Assembly (NCBI GenBank): GCA_040902285.1
Contig: JBBDXP010000007.1
Span: 1,042 to 65,041 of the forward strand
Length of the DNA stretch: 64,000 bases
Source of the DNA: Candidatus Spechtbacterales bacterium
GTDB lineage: Bacteria; Patescibacteriota; Minisyncoccia; Spechtbacterales; 2-12-FULL-38-22
Direction of reading: 5' to 3'
Under the pieces are notes generated by a model. It did no database searches, was not told the origin of the DNA, and saw nothing but the letters and a program-made list of their open reading frames with translations. Made by a program: the position numbers and the translations under genes. Each line of letters begins with the position of its first letter. Position 1 is the stretch's first letter. Shown here one piece after another: positions 45,776-53,749 of this stretch.

Positions 45776-46756
45776 TTACCTCCCCTCTTTCTGACGAACA
45801 GAATTGAGCAGTTTCTTGAGTCCCAGCACCGCTTGCGTTATGCTTGCGGAGTCGGGGCCCCTCTTGGTGTACGAAGTCCTCAAAAGATCGAGCACTTCCG
45901 ACCATCTTGGGTCTCGATTCGCCCAAAAAGCTCTTGGAGAAACAACTCCGAACAAATCGTTTGCCATTTGAATAGCAAGTTCTTCCAATTCACGCATGCG
46001 AATTCTCAACTGTTCGGAATCAAGATTATCCCACTTTCTTTTTTCAAAGTGGGCAAGCTTGTCCGCAATACTTTCGTACGGAACCTTTTCGCGCACTATT
46101 TTCGGCTTGGGAGCTTCTTTCCAAATACGAACCAGCAGTCCGGTAAAAATAAAAGCAAGAATAGAACTTATCCCAAAAAGTATGCTCTTCAGTAGGATAT
46201 TAGACGCAAACATTGTTTTTGGAGGCCTGAGATAGGCATTCTCGGTATTGTCTCCGTAATAACTCCCTACCTGAAGCGGCATCTGAGGCGCGATATCGGC
46301 TGATTCTATCTTGCCGCTCGATATTACCTCATACTTCAGAACTATCGGCTTTAGAGCGTATTCCTGTCCGGTCATAGCTCTTATTGCAACCAATTCAACC
46401 TTATATATGTATTCGGACACGTTGTCGTTCGTTCTACGGTGGTAAACTGTAGCACCTGTAAGATCAAACGGTTCAAAAGAAGCATTCTTGATAGATTCAA
46501 TGTCGGGAATAATTTTGTCATCCCTATACTGAATCACGAAAGTGATGTTAAAGGCCTCTCCGAGCATGTGCGCGGAATCCCAGTCTATATATCTTACAGT
46601 CATAATCTTGTCAGAACCGATAAAAATTCCCTCGCGCTCCCCCGCTCTTTCTTTATCACCAAATATAGGCAAAAAGAAAGCGGAAAGCGCAAAAATACAC
46701 AGCAGTACAGCCGTTAGTGACACGGCTATTCTGATGTTTGGCGTTCGCCTGATCAT
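45776..46756 (-). CDS. Membrane-anchored protein (MxaA/BatD-like)
   Basis: N-terminal TM, beta-rich extracellular domain, second TM; position in the MoxR operon. Confidence 0.6.
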   Translation of the reverse strand: MIRRTPNIRIAVSLTAVLLCIFALSAFFLPIFGDKERAGEREGIFIGSDKIMTVRYIDWDSAHMLGEAFNITFVIQYRDDKIIPDIESIKNASFEPFDLTGATVYHRRTNDNVSEYIYKVELVAIRAMTGQEYALKPIVLKYEVISSGKIESADIAPQMPLQVGSYYGDNTENAYLRPPKTMFASNILLKSILFGISSILAFIFTGLLVRIWKEAPKPKIVREKVPYESIADKLAHFEKRKWDNLDSEQLRIRMRELEELAIQMANDLFGVVSPRAFWANRDPRWSEVLDLLRTSYTKRGPDSASITQAVLGLKKLLNSVRQKEGR

Positions 46757-46775
46757 CTGCGCTCTCCTTTCTTTC

Positions 46776-47699
46776 CTAGTGTTTGCTTATGCGATGCAAA
46801 GTTCTCCTGAGAGTGCCTCTTATCTCCTCTAAATCCATAGAAGAGATATGCACCCAAAGAAGACGATTACGGAAAAAAGTGTCTTTAAGCTTAGAAAACC
46901 GCTGTTCGTGTTCCCGCCTGATGCTTTTGGCTTCAGTACGGCTTATGGATATGATGTCACAGCCACCGGTCTCAACTTCTAAGACATTCAGCGACACGCC
47001 CCCCCTTGGTACATCCACAGGAAAAGAATATTCCAAATCATCTTGAATGACGACCGGAACAACCTTGTATCCGTACAACCTTTCCTCAAACAGAGACGTG
47101 AGATTTTCGTCATCACTGCCGAGAAAGTCGGAAATAACGAATACAGCTGAGCCCTTGGGCAGGGTCTTTCGCCATGTTCTAAGGGCCAAATTACCCGATC
47201 GTTTTCTTTTAAGACCCTTAACCAAGCCGATCCCTTCGCAAATAGACACTTCCAGCGCTTCTTTAACACGATAGAGCTGTTTATCACCCAATCTTGGCAT
47301 AAACTCTGCCGTTTGATACCTATCTGCAATGAACATGCCACACGGTATGCGCTGTCGAATAGCGTTTACAAATATCATAGCGGCCGTCAAATATGCCGTT
47401 TTCATTTTGTCCCTGAGAAACATGGAAGAAGATATATCCAAAATAACAAGGGCTCTATCTTCTCTCAATTCCTTTTTTTTGACAACTATCGGCTTTCCCG
47501 CCCGTATGCTTGCGCCCAAATGTATCCTTTTGGGATTGTCTCCGGGAACATATTCAGACAACTCCTCAAAATCAAATCCTTCTCCCGTATGCGGGCTGTC
47601 CCAGTCACCGAAAAATTGGCTTTTCGCAGACCGCGGCTTTAAAGCCAGGTGCGAAGAGCGGGCAGATTCGAAAAGCTCATCAAGTTCTGACCTTTCCAT
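46776..47699 (-). CDS. DUF58 family protein (MxaS-like)
   Basis: GEGFDFEELSEYVPGDNPKRI, LDISSSM, VISDFL. Confidence 0.88.
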   Translation of the reverse strand: MERSELDELFESARSSHLALKPRSAKSQFFGDWDSPHTGEGFDFEELSEYVPGDNPKRIHLGASIRAGKPIVVKKKELREDRALVILDISSSMFLRDKMKTAYLTAAMIFVNAIRQRIPCGMFIADRYQTAEFMPRLGDKQLYRVKEALEVSICEGIGLVKGLKRKRSGNLALRTWRKTLPKGSAVFVISDFLGSDDENLTSLFEERLYGYKVVPVVIQDDLEYSFPVDVPRGGVSLNVLEVETGGCDIISISRTEAKSIRREHEQRFSKLKDTFFRNRLLWVHISSMDLEEIRGTLRRTLHRISKH

Positions 47700-48666
47700 T
47701 ACTCCCTTCCCATCCAAAGACCTGGCGGATTATCTCTTCCATCGCCTCGCTAAACACAGAATCGTACTCATCAGGCATAAATCTGTCTTCAAAAACAACT
47801 CTGTGACAAAGCACAGGTTTAGAAAGTTCTATCAGATCCTCCGGCAGGACATAATCCCTGCCGCGCAAAACAGCCAGCGCTTTTGCGCTTCGCACAAGGG
47901 CCATGGGCACCCGCGTTGAACCGCCTGTAGAAAAGTTCTCTTTCGAGACATCGGAATTTTCCGGGCGGGTCAGTTCAACCATTGTAACTGCCTTATCGAC
48001 CAAAACCGGATCTATCCTAACTTCTTTTTCTATAAGTTTCTGAATGGAAAGGATATCAGAACCGTCCATGATCTTTTCGACCGGACCCGGTTCGGAAGAC
48101 ATGGTCGCTATTCTTACGGTTTCCTCATGGCTTGGATAGCCAACAAACACCTTCATAAGAAAGCGGTCTTCCTGGGCTTCCGAAAGAGGATAGGTACCCT
48201 CCTGTTCGATCGGGTTTTGTGTCGCAAAAACCAAAAATGGCCTGGAAAGCGCTTCGGTGCCTTTTTCCGATGTAACTTGCCTCTCCTGCATTGCTTCCAA
48301 AAGCGCGCTTTGCACTTTAGGACTCGTGCGATTAAGCTCGTCTGTCAGAAGAAAGTTGGTATAAATTGGACCGGGCAAAAAAGCGACTTTGCCGTCTTCT
48401 TTTATGTGTGGAACCGACCACAGGTCGCGAGGATATAGGTCAGGGGTCATCTGGATCCTTTTGAAGTCCACATTCGTGGCCTGCGCAAGGGTATTGATGA
48501 GATACGTCTTTCCGGTGCCGGGCACTCCTTCAAGAAGAACGTGCCCGTCGGCAAAGACCGCGACGAGAAGATGATCTATTACATCATCCATGCCCACAAT
48601 TCTCCTGTGGACCTCATCCCTAACAGTACCCATCAATTCATGGGCTTTCTGTAGGCCTTTAATCAT
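47680..48666 (-). CDS. moxR: MoxR family AAA+ ATPase
   Basis: GHVLLEGVPGTGKT, RIQMTPDL, DELNRTSPKVQSALLEAMQE, ATQNPIEQEGTYPLSEAQEDRF. Confidence 0.95.
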   Translation of the reverse strand: MIKGLQKAHELMGTVRDEVHRRIVGMDDVIDHLLVAVFADGHVLLEGVPGTGKTYLINTLAQATNVDFKRIQMTPDLYPRDLWSVPHIKEDGKVAFLPGPIYTNFLLTDELNRTSPKVQSALLEAMQERQVTSEKGTEALSRPFLVFATQNPIEQEGTYPLSEAQEDRFLMKVFVGYPSHEETVRIATMSSEPGPVEKIMDGSDILSIQKLIEKEVRIDPVLVDKAVTMVELTRPENSDVSKENFSTGGSTRVPMALVRSAKALAVLRGRDYVLPEDLIELSKPVLCHRVVFEDRFMPDEYDSVFSEAMEEIIRQVFGWEGSNGKVRT

Positions 48667-48701
48667 GTCTTTCTCCTTAAATTGTCAAGAAAACTGTGCT
48701 A

Positions 48702-48730
48702 ACTATACCTAAAATAAAAAGAGGAGTCAA
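48702..48730 (-). promoter_or_regulatory. Promoter of the moxR operon
   Basis: TTGACT-17 nt-TATAGT; the -35 lies in one arm of hairpin GAGGAGTCAAT..ATTGACTCCTC. Confidence 0.65.
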
Positions 48731-48897
48731 TGTTTTATTGACTCCTCTTCAATTTTTACGGACTCGGTTCTTGTAAACTTTTTATACAGACGTTCGATTT
48801 GTTCTTGGCGTTCATCAACAGAAGAAAATTCCCGCCTTATCCGGGATTTTTCTTTGCGTATATGTTTCCTAATGCTGTAAGATAATTTGGCTTTCAT
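48727..48897 (-). CDS. Small basic hypothetical protein (56 aa), below the ORF-track cutoff
   Basis: MKAKLSYSIRKHIRKEKSRIRREFSSVDERQEQIERLYKKFTRTESVKIEEESIKH; starts 3 nt after the murE stop. Confidence 0.6.
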   Translation of the reverse strand: MKAKLSYSIRKHIRKEKSRIRREFSSVDERQEQIERLYKKFTRTESVKIEEESIKH

Positions 48898-48900
48898 TTT

Positions 48901-50247
48901 CTAAAGATATAATTTACTGAACTCTTCCCTTGCTACCTGCCTGTCATCCCACGGCACAGGCCCCTTAGCGGTCATCATTAAGGGCTCCGCACCCTTTCCG
49001 GTTATAATTACATTATCGCCTTCTTTGGCTTTTTTCAATGCTTCTCTTATTGCCTGTCGCCGATCTAAGATTTTTTCGTAGTTTATTTCTTGTTTCTTGT
49101 CTGCCTGCCGAAGCCCTGTCCGTCCGGCAGGCGGGCTCGGCGCAGATAGGTATCTTGTGTCTTCAGAAAGTCCCGATTCAATATCCTTTAGAATACTTTC
49201 GGGATTTTCTGTGTAGGGATCTTCGTCCGTTAAAATTATTTCATCGCAATGTTCGCTTGCGATTTCTCCAAGCTTGGGTCTTTTCCATTTGTCCCTGCCT
49301 CCGCCTGCGGCTCCCAGAACGCATATAGTTCTTCCACCCTTTTTTTGCCGTAATTGCTCCGATACCGTGTTGTAAACTTTCTCCAAAGCATCGGGTGTAT
49401 GGGCATAATCAACAACAACATTAAATGGCTCGCCTATAACTACTTCAGCTCTGCCCGGCACGCCCGGAAAGCTTGATAATATATCGGCCATTTTATCCAT
49501 GGGTATTCCCTGCGCTCTGCCTGCGCCTATCGCGGCTAAAACATTATACGCGTTAAATTTCCCGAGAATGGGAATTGAAAATTTATTATCCCTTATATAA
49601 AAATTTATGCCCCTGTCCTCCAGTTTTAATTTTTCGGCAAGTATTTCCTCTGTGCCAAGTGAAGCACTGCCGGGATTGAGCGTATATCCAATTTTTTCAA
49701 TAGCCGGAAATTGCAGGAAATAATTGGCATTTTCATCGTCCAAGTTTACCACGGAAGCCCTGTGGCGCAAAGAAAAGAATTTGCCTTTCGCGTTTTTGTA
49801 ATTTTCAAAAGAACCGTGGCTCTCTATATGTTCGGGGGTCAAATTAGTAAATACGGCGGTATCAAATTCAATAAATTTATGTCTGTTTTGCCTAACGCCC
49901 TCGCTTGTAACTTCTATTACCGCGAACTGGCAACCGGCATCCGCCGCCTTGCGCAAAAACAGATGCAGTTTCATCCTTCCCGGCATTGTCATTTTAAGCT
50001 TGTTGGGCCATTCTTCGTTGCCTATTTTAAATCGCAGCGAAGAAATAGAAGCAGTTTTATAACCGGCGTTTTCCAGCAAATAAGAACAAAGATGTGCTAC
50101 GCTTGTTTTGCCGTTAGTGCCAGTGATACCGATAACTTTTATTTCTTTTGAAGGGTGTCCGTAAAGAAAAGCGCCCAAAGCGGGCCATGCGGAATGATAC
50201 GCTTCCAATACTGAAGGTGGGATAAATTTTTTGATTAGTTCTTTCAC
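48901..50247 (-). CDS. murE: UDP-MurNAc-tripeptide synthetase
   Basis: GITGTNGKTS, IEVTSEG, FTNLTPEHIESH, VDYAHTPDAL, GGGRD..KRP, GKGAE. Confidence 0.93.
   Translation of the reverse strand: MKELIKKFIPPSVLEAYHSAWPALGAFLYGHPSKEIKVIGITGTNGKTSVAHLCSYLLENAGYKTASISSLRFKIGNEEWPNKLKMTMPGRMKLHLFLRKAADAGCQFAVIEVTSEGVRQNRHKFIEFDTAVFTNLTPEHIESHGSFENYKNAKGKFFSLRHRASVVNLDDENANYFLQFPAIEKIGYTLNPGSASLGTEEILAEKLKLEDRGINFYIRDNKFSIPILGKFNAYNVLAAIGAGRAQGIPMDKMADILSSFPGVPGRAEVVIGEPFNVVVDYAHTPDALEKVYNTVSEQLRQKKGGRTICVLGAAGGGRDKWKRPKLGEIASEHCDEIILTDEDPYTENPESILKDIESGLSEDTRYLSAPSPPAGRTGLRQADKKQEINYEKILDRRQAIREALKKAKEGDNVIITGKGAEPLMMTAKGPVPWDDRQVAREEFSKLYL
49100..49150. mobile_element. 51-nt nested palindromic insert, in frame in murE
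   Basis: TCTGCCTGCCGAAGC[CCTGTCCGTCCGGCAGGCGGG]CTCGGCGCAGATAGG; 47/51 identical to 50872-50922. Confidence 0.9.
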
Positions 50248-51158
50248 AGGATATTTTTTATTCTATATAAAATATACCAAAAACGGCTAATAGGAAGATC
50301 GAAACTGCCCAAGTATTTTACTTCTTTTCCACCGAAACCTTTTTTAAAACGAGTTAAGCCGGGCCATTTTTTTTCATTAATTCCCCAAAGGTCATAATAC
50401 CCCAGAGATTCTCTTTTTGCATCTCGGATTATTTTCCAGTGCATAAGATAAGGCGCCATATGCTTTCTTAATTTGTAATCGGACGCTCCATGCAAATATG
50501 TGGCTGTGTTTCCGGCAAATACGACTATCGCGGCGGATGCGAGCTTGCCGTCTTTATACGCGATATATAGGCGCGCAATATCCATATCCAAAAGCTTTTT
50601 GTAATAATCTTTTGTATGCGTACTGAATTTATCGCGAAGTGCTGTGTCCAAAATCAACGACCACCACATATTAAAATCGGTCTGTTTATTTTTTGATAAA
50701 ACCGCTTCAACTCCCCGTTTTTGGGCCACGCGCAAATTGTATCTGGTCTTTTGTCCCATTTGCCCAAGAAGCTTTTCTTCGCTTTCTTTAAGATCTAAAA
50801 CTATGGTTTTCTGCGGCTGGAGTTCTTTGCTCGATTTAACAAAACCAAGCCGGCTTAATCCTTGTCTCTTGCCTGCCTGCCGAAGCCCTGCCCGTCCGGC
50901 AGGCGGGCTCGGCGCAGGCAGGTTGTTTGTTGCTTGTTGTTGTACAAGTGGCTCCCACTTAAAAAATATCGCGCCCTCAGCGCGTCCGATATTTTTTATT
51001 TCCTCCAAATATTCAAGCGCGTCGGGATAATTGGAATACAGATAACTTTTTCCCAAAGGAACATCCAGCTTAATCATGTACCCCGCGCCTAAATCAAAAC
51101 TCTTGCGCCCGGTGCTTTCCTGAAATTTTCTCCATTGTGGCAAGTTAAGAAAACTCAT
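50244..51158 (-). CDS. FemABX-family peptidyl transferase
   Basis: TIVLDL..SEEKLL..MGQKTRYNLRVA, YLHGAS, YDLWG, GLTRFKKGFGG. Confidence 0.9.
   Translation of the reverse strand: MSFLNLPQWRKFQESTGRKSFDLGAGYMIKLDVPLGKSYLYSNYPDALEYLEEIKNIGRAEGAIFFKWEPLVQQQATNNLPAPSPPAGRAGLRQAGKRQGLSRLGFVKSSKELQPQKTIVLDLKESEEKLLGQMGQKTRYNLRVAQKRGVEAVLSKNKQTDFNMWWSLILDTALRDKFSTHTKDYYKKLLDMDIARLYIAYKDGKLASAAIVVFAGNTATYLHGASDYKLRKHMAPYLMHWKIIRDAKRESLGYYDLWGINEKKWPGLTRFKKGFGGKEVKYLGSFDLPISRFWYILYRIKNIL
50872..50922. mobile_element. 51-nt nested palindromic insert, in frame in the Fem gene
   Basis: CCTGCCTGCCGAAGC[CCTGCCCGTCCGGCAGGCGGG]CTCGGCGCAGGCAGG. Confidence 0.9.
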
Positions 51159-51736
51159 TATTTTTGGCCCAAAATTTTTAATGCCTCTTTTACTTTATCT
51201 TCCGTGCGTTCCAAGTCCTCGGGTATTTGTTTTAAAACACTTTGCGCCTGTTGCCTAGAATACCCCAAACTCTCCAGCGCTTCAACAACATCACTCTCTC
51301 CTCGTATGTCTCCGGCAAGAGCGCCCCATTCGGTTCCAAATTTGTCTTTTAGTTCAAGTATTATTTTTTGGGCTATTTTATTTCCTATGCCGGACACCCT
51401 GGTCAGTATGGAGGTATCGCCTTCGGCAATGGCCCTCTGAAGCATGTTTATGGGCGCCGCGTTCAGAATATTTAGAGCGCCTCTTGGGCCCACGCCTGAA
51501 ATTTTAATTAGAATTTCGAACATATTGCGTTCTTCCTTCTCTAAAAATCCGTAAAGCTCGGCTGTGTTTTCGCGCAAATAATAATGTGTAAACACTTCTA
51601 TGTCTTGTCCTGTTTTTTTAGATAAATCATCCGCTGTTCTTGCCGCGCATTGAATCTCATATCCTACGCCTCCAACCTCGACAACAGCCGAATTTTTACC
51701 CGTTTCTCTAATTGTGCCTTTTAACAAAGCTATCAT
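51158..51736 (-). CDS. ruvA: Holliday junction branch migration protein RuvA
   Basis: MIALLKG, VGGVGYE, LYGF, ISGVGPRGAL, ALESLGY. Confidence 0.96.
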   Translation of the reverse strand: MIALLKGTIRETGKNSAVVEVGGVGYEIQCAARTADDLSKKTGQDIEVFTHYYLRENTAELYGFLEKEERNMFEILIKISGVGPRGALNILNAAPINMLQRAIAEGDTSILTRVSGIGNKIAQKIILELKDKFGTEWGALAGDIRGESDVVEALESLGYSRQQAQSVLKQIPEDLERTEDKVKEALKILGQK

Positions 51737-51741
51737 GTTTT

Positions 51742-51838
51742 TATAGTCGAGGATACGAGCGAAAAGAAAAAGATTAAATCATAGAAAGCTTGCTTTCAAA
51801 GATTTAAGATTTTTCTTTTCCGAGCGCCGCAGACTATA
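51742..51838. mobile_element. Intergenic long-hairpin MITE-like element
   Basis: TATAGTC...GACTATA ends; nested arms GAAAAGAAAAA/TTTTTCTTTTC, TTAAATC/GATTTAA, GAAAGC/GCTTTC; related to 60595-60650. Confidence 0.75.
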
Positions 51839-51856
51839 TAGTATTACTTAATAGTA

Positions 51857-53611
51857 TTACTTATATTTTAACATCCGTAGGAACTTATTGAGAGGAAGCG
51901 TGTTTATAATATCACTTTTCTTTGCCCAGCCACGGCGCGCCTGCGCTATTCCGTATTCCAAAAACTTAAAATGCTCCTTCGCATGCGCGTCCGTGTTGAT
52001 GCACATTTTTGCCCCGATTTTTACGGCCATGAGTATGTACTCGTCACGCAAATCAAGACGTTCCGGACTTCCATTTATCTCAAGAATGGTGCCGGTTCTT
52101 TTTGCCTCCCTTATTATTGCTTCCATATCCACATCGTAAGGGGGCCTTATATTTATACGCCTGCCTGTAGGATGAAACAACATATCCACATTCGGATTAT
52201 TCATCGCCTTGATTATGCGCTCGGTCTGCTCTTTTCTGGATAAATTAAAATGGGAATGCACAGATACGCCGACAACATCCAGTTGTTTTAAGACCTTATC
52301 CTCTATATCCAAAGAGCCATCTTTTAAGATATCGCATTCTGTGCCGGCAAGAATAGTTATGCCCTTTAGTTTTTTGTTTAATTTTTTTATTTCAGCTTTT
52401 TGTTTCAATATCTTTTCTCCGTTAAGTCCATTTGTCATCGCAAGATTTTTGGTGTGGTCCGTTATGGCTATATATTCAAGGCCTTCATCTTTTGCGACTT
52501 TTGCCATTTCTTCTATGCTGTCTTTTCCGTCTGTCCAATTTGTCTGCACCTGCAAATCGCCCTTAATTTCGCCGTATTTAATTAGATTGGGCAATTTTTT
52601 CTTTTGCGCCAATTCTATTTCGCCAGAATCAGTGCGCAATTCGGGAGGCATACATTCCATGCCGAGTTTTTTGTAAATCAAGCATTCATCAGTACCCGGA
52701 GCCACATTTTCTCTACCTTTAAAAAGCCCGTATTCGTTCAGTTTGTATTTTTTTGATATGGCTATTTTTCTGAGTTTTACATTGTGGTCTTTGCTTCCCG
52801 TAAAATATTGCAATGCGGCCCCATAACTCTCTTTTGAAACAACGCGTATATCAATATCAAACCCCCGTTTTAAATGCACGGATATTTTGGTTTTCCCTCT
52901 CCCCCACACCTTAACAACGCTTGGCAGATTAGCCGCATAATCCAAAACCTTTTTGCTATCTGATGCTTGTCCTGAGCCCGCCGAACGGACGGCAACAAGT
53001 ATATCCACATCTCCTATGGTTTCCTGTCTGCGTCTTAAAGAACCCGCTTCTGAAACTTCTATTACTCCCTTAATCTCTTTTATTTCTTCAATCAACTCGC
53101 GAGAATATGGCAAAATTCCTCCCAAGGGTATTCTGCCCCCGGAACTTTTTACAAACTCTATTCCTTGCGCTATATTCTCTTCCGTCTTTTTGCCCAATCC
53201 CTCCACCTTGCTAAGTTTTCCTTTTTTTACCGCATCTTCCAAATCTTTCAGAGTTTTTATGTTAAGTTCTTCATAAAGTTTTTTGGCCGTTTTAGGGCCT
53301 AGACCTTCAACGGAAGTAAGTTCTTCAAGATTAGCGGGCATTTCTTTTTTCAGCTTTTCATATTCTTTCACATGCCCTGTTTTTATATATTCCTCTATTT
53401 TTTCGGACATGCCTTTTCCAATGCCCGCCAAAGCATCCAGGCCTTTAAGTCCGTTTTCTTTGTAGATAAGTTTTAAATCTTGCGCCAAATCGCTTATGGT
53501 TTGTGCTCCTCTGTGTAGTGCGCGCTGGCGAAACCTGTCGTTTTTAATCTCATACAGCAAGGCCATTTCTTCAAATATATGGGCTATTTCTTTGTTTGTT
53601 TCAAGAGTCAT
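51857..53611 (-). CDS. polX: DNA polymerase X with PHP domain
   Basis: GIGKG HhH, GSLRRRQETIGDVDIL, YFTGSKDHN, PPELR, TDHT, HPTGR, NTDAH. Confidence 0.95.
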   Translation of the reverse strand: MTLETNKEIAHIFEEMALLYEIKNDRFRQRALHRGAQTISDLAQDLKLIYKENGLKGLDALAGIGKGMSEKIEEYIKTGHVKEYEKLKKEMPANLEELTSVEGLGPKTAKKLYEELNIKTLKDLEDAVKKGKLSKVEGLGKKTEENIAQGIEFVKSSGGRIPLGGILPYSRELIEEIKEIKGVIEVSEAGSLRRRQETIGDVDILVAVRSAGSGQASDSKKVLDYAANLPSVVKVWGRGKTKISVHLKRGFDIDIRVVSKESYGAALQYFTGSKDHNVKLRKIAISKKYKLNEYGLFKGRENVAPGTDECLIYKKLGMECMPPELRTDSGEIELAQKKKLPNLIKYGEIKGDLQVQTNWTDGKDSIEEMAKVAKDEGLEYIAITDHTKNLAMTNGLNGEKILKQKAEIKKLNKKLKGITILAGTECDILKDGSLDIEDKVLKQLDVVGVSVHSHFNLSRKEQTERIIKAMNNPNVDMLFHPTGRRINIRPPYDVDMEAIIREAKRTGTILEINGSPERLDLRDEYILMAVKIGAKMCINTDAHAKEHFKFLEYGIAQARRGWAKKSDIINTLPLNKFLRMLKYK

Positions 53612-53749
53612 ACGAATTCAGTATAAATCAAAAAAGCCCGCCTATAAAGGCAGGGGCCAAAACTGCAAGAACAAGTTTTTTCGGTTCACAATAATTGCCC
53701 AGAAAGATCTTATCCTAAAACAATTCATCTTGAAAAACAAAATGCGGCC

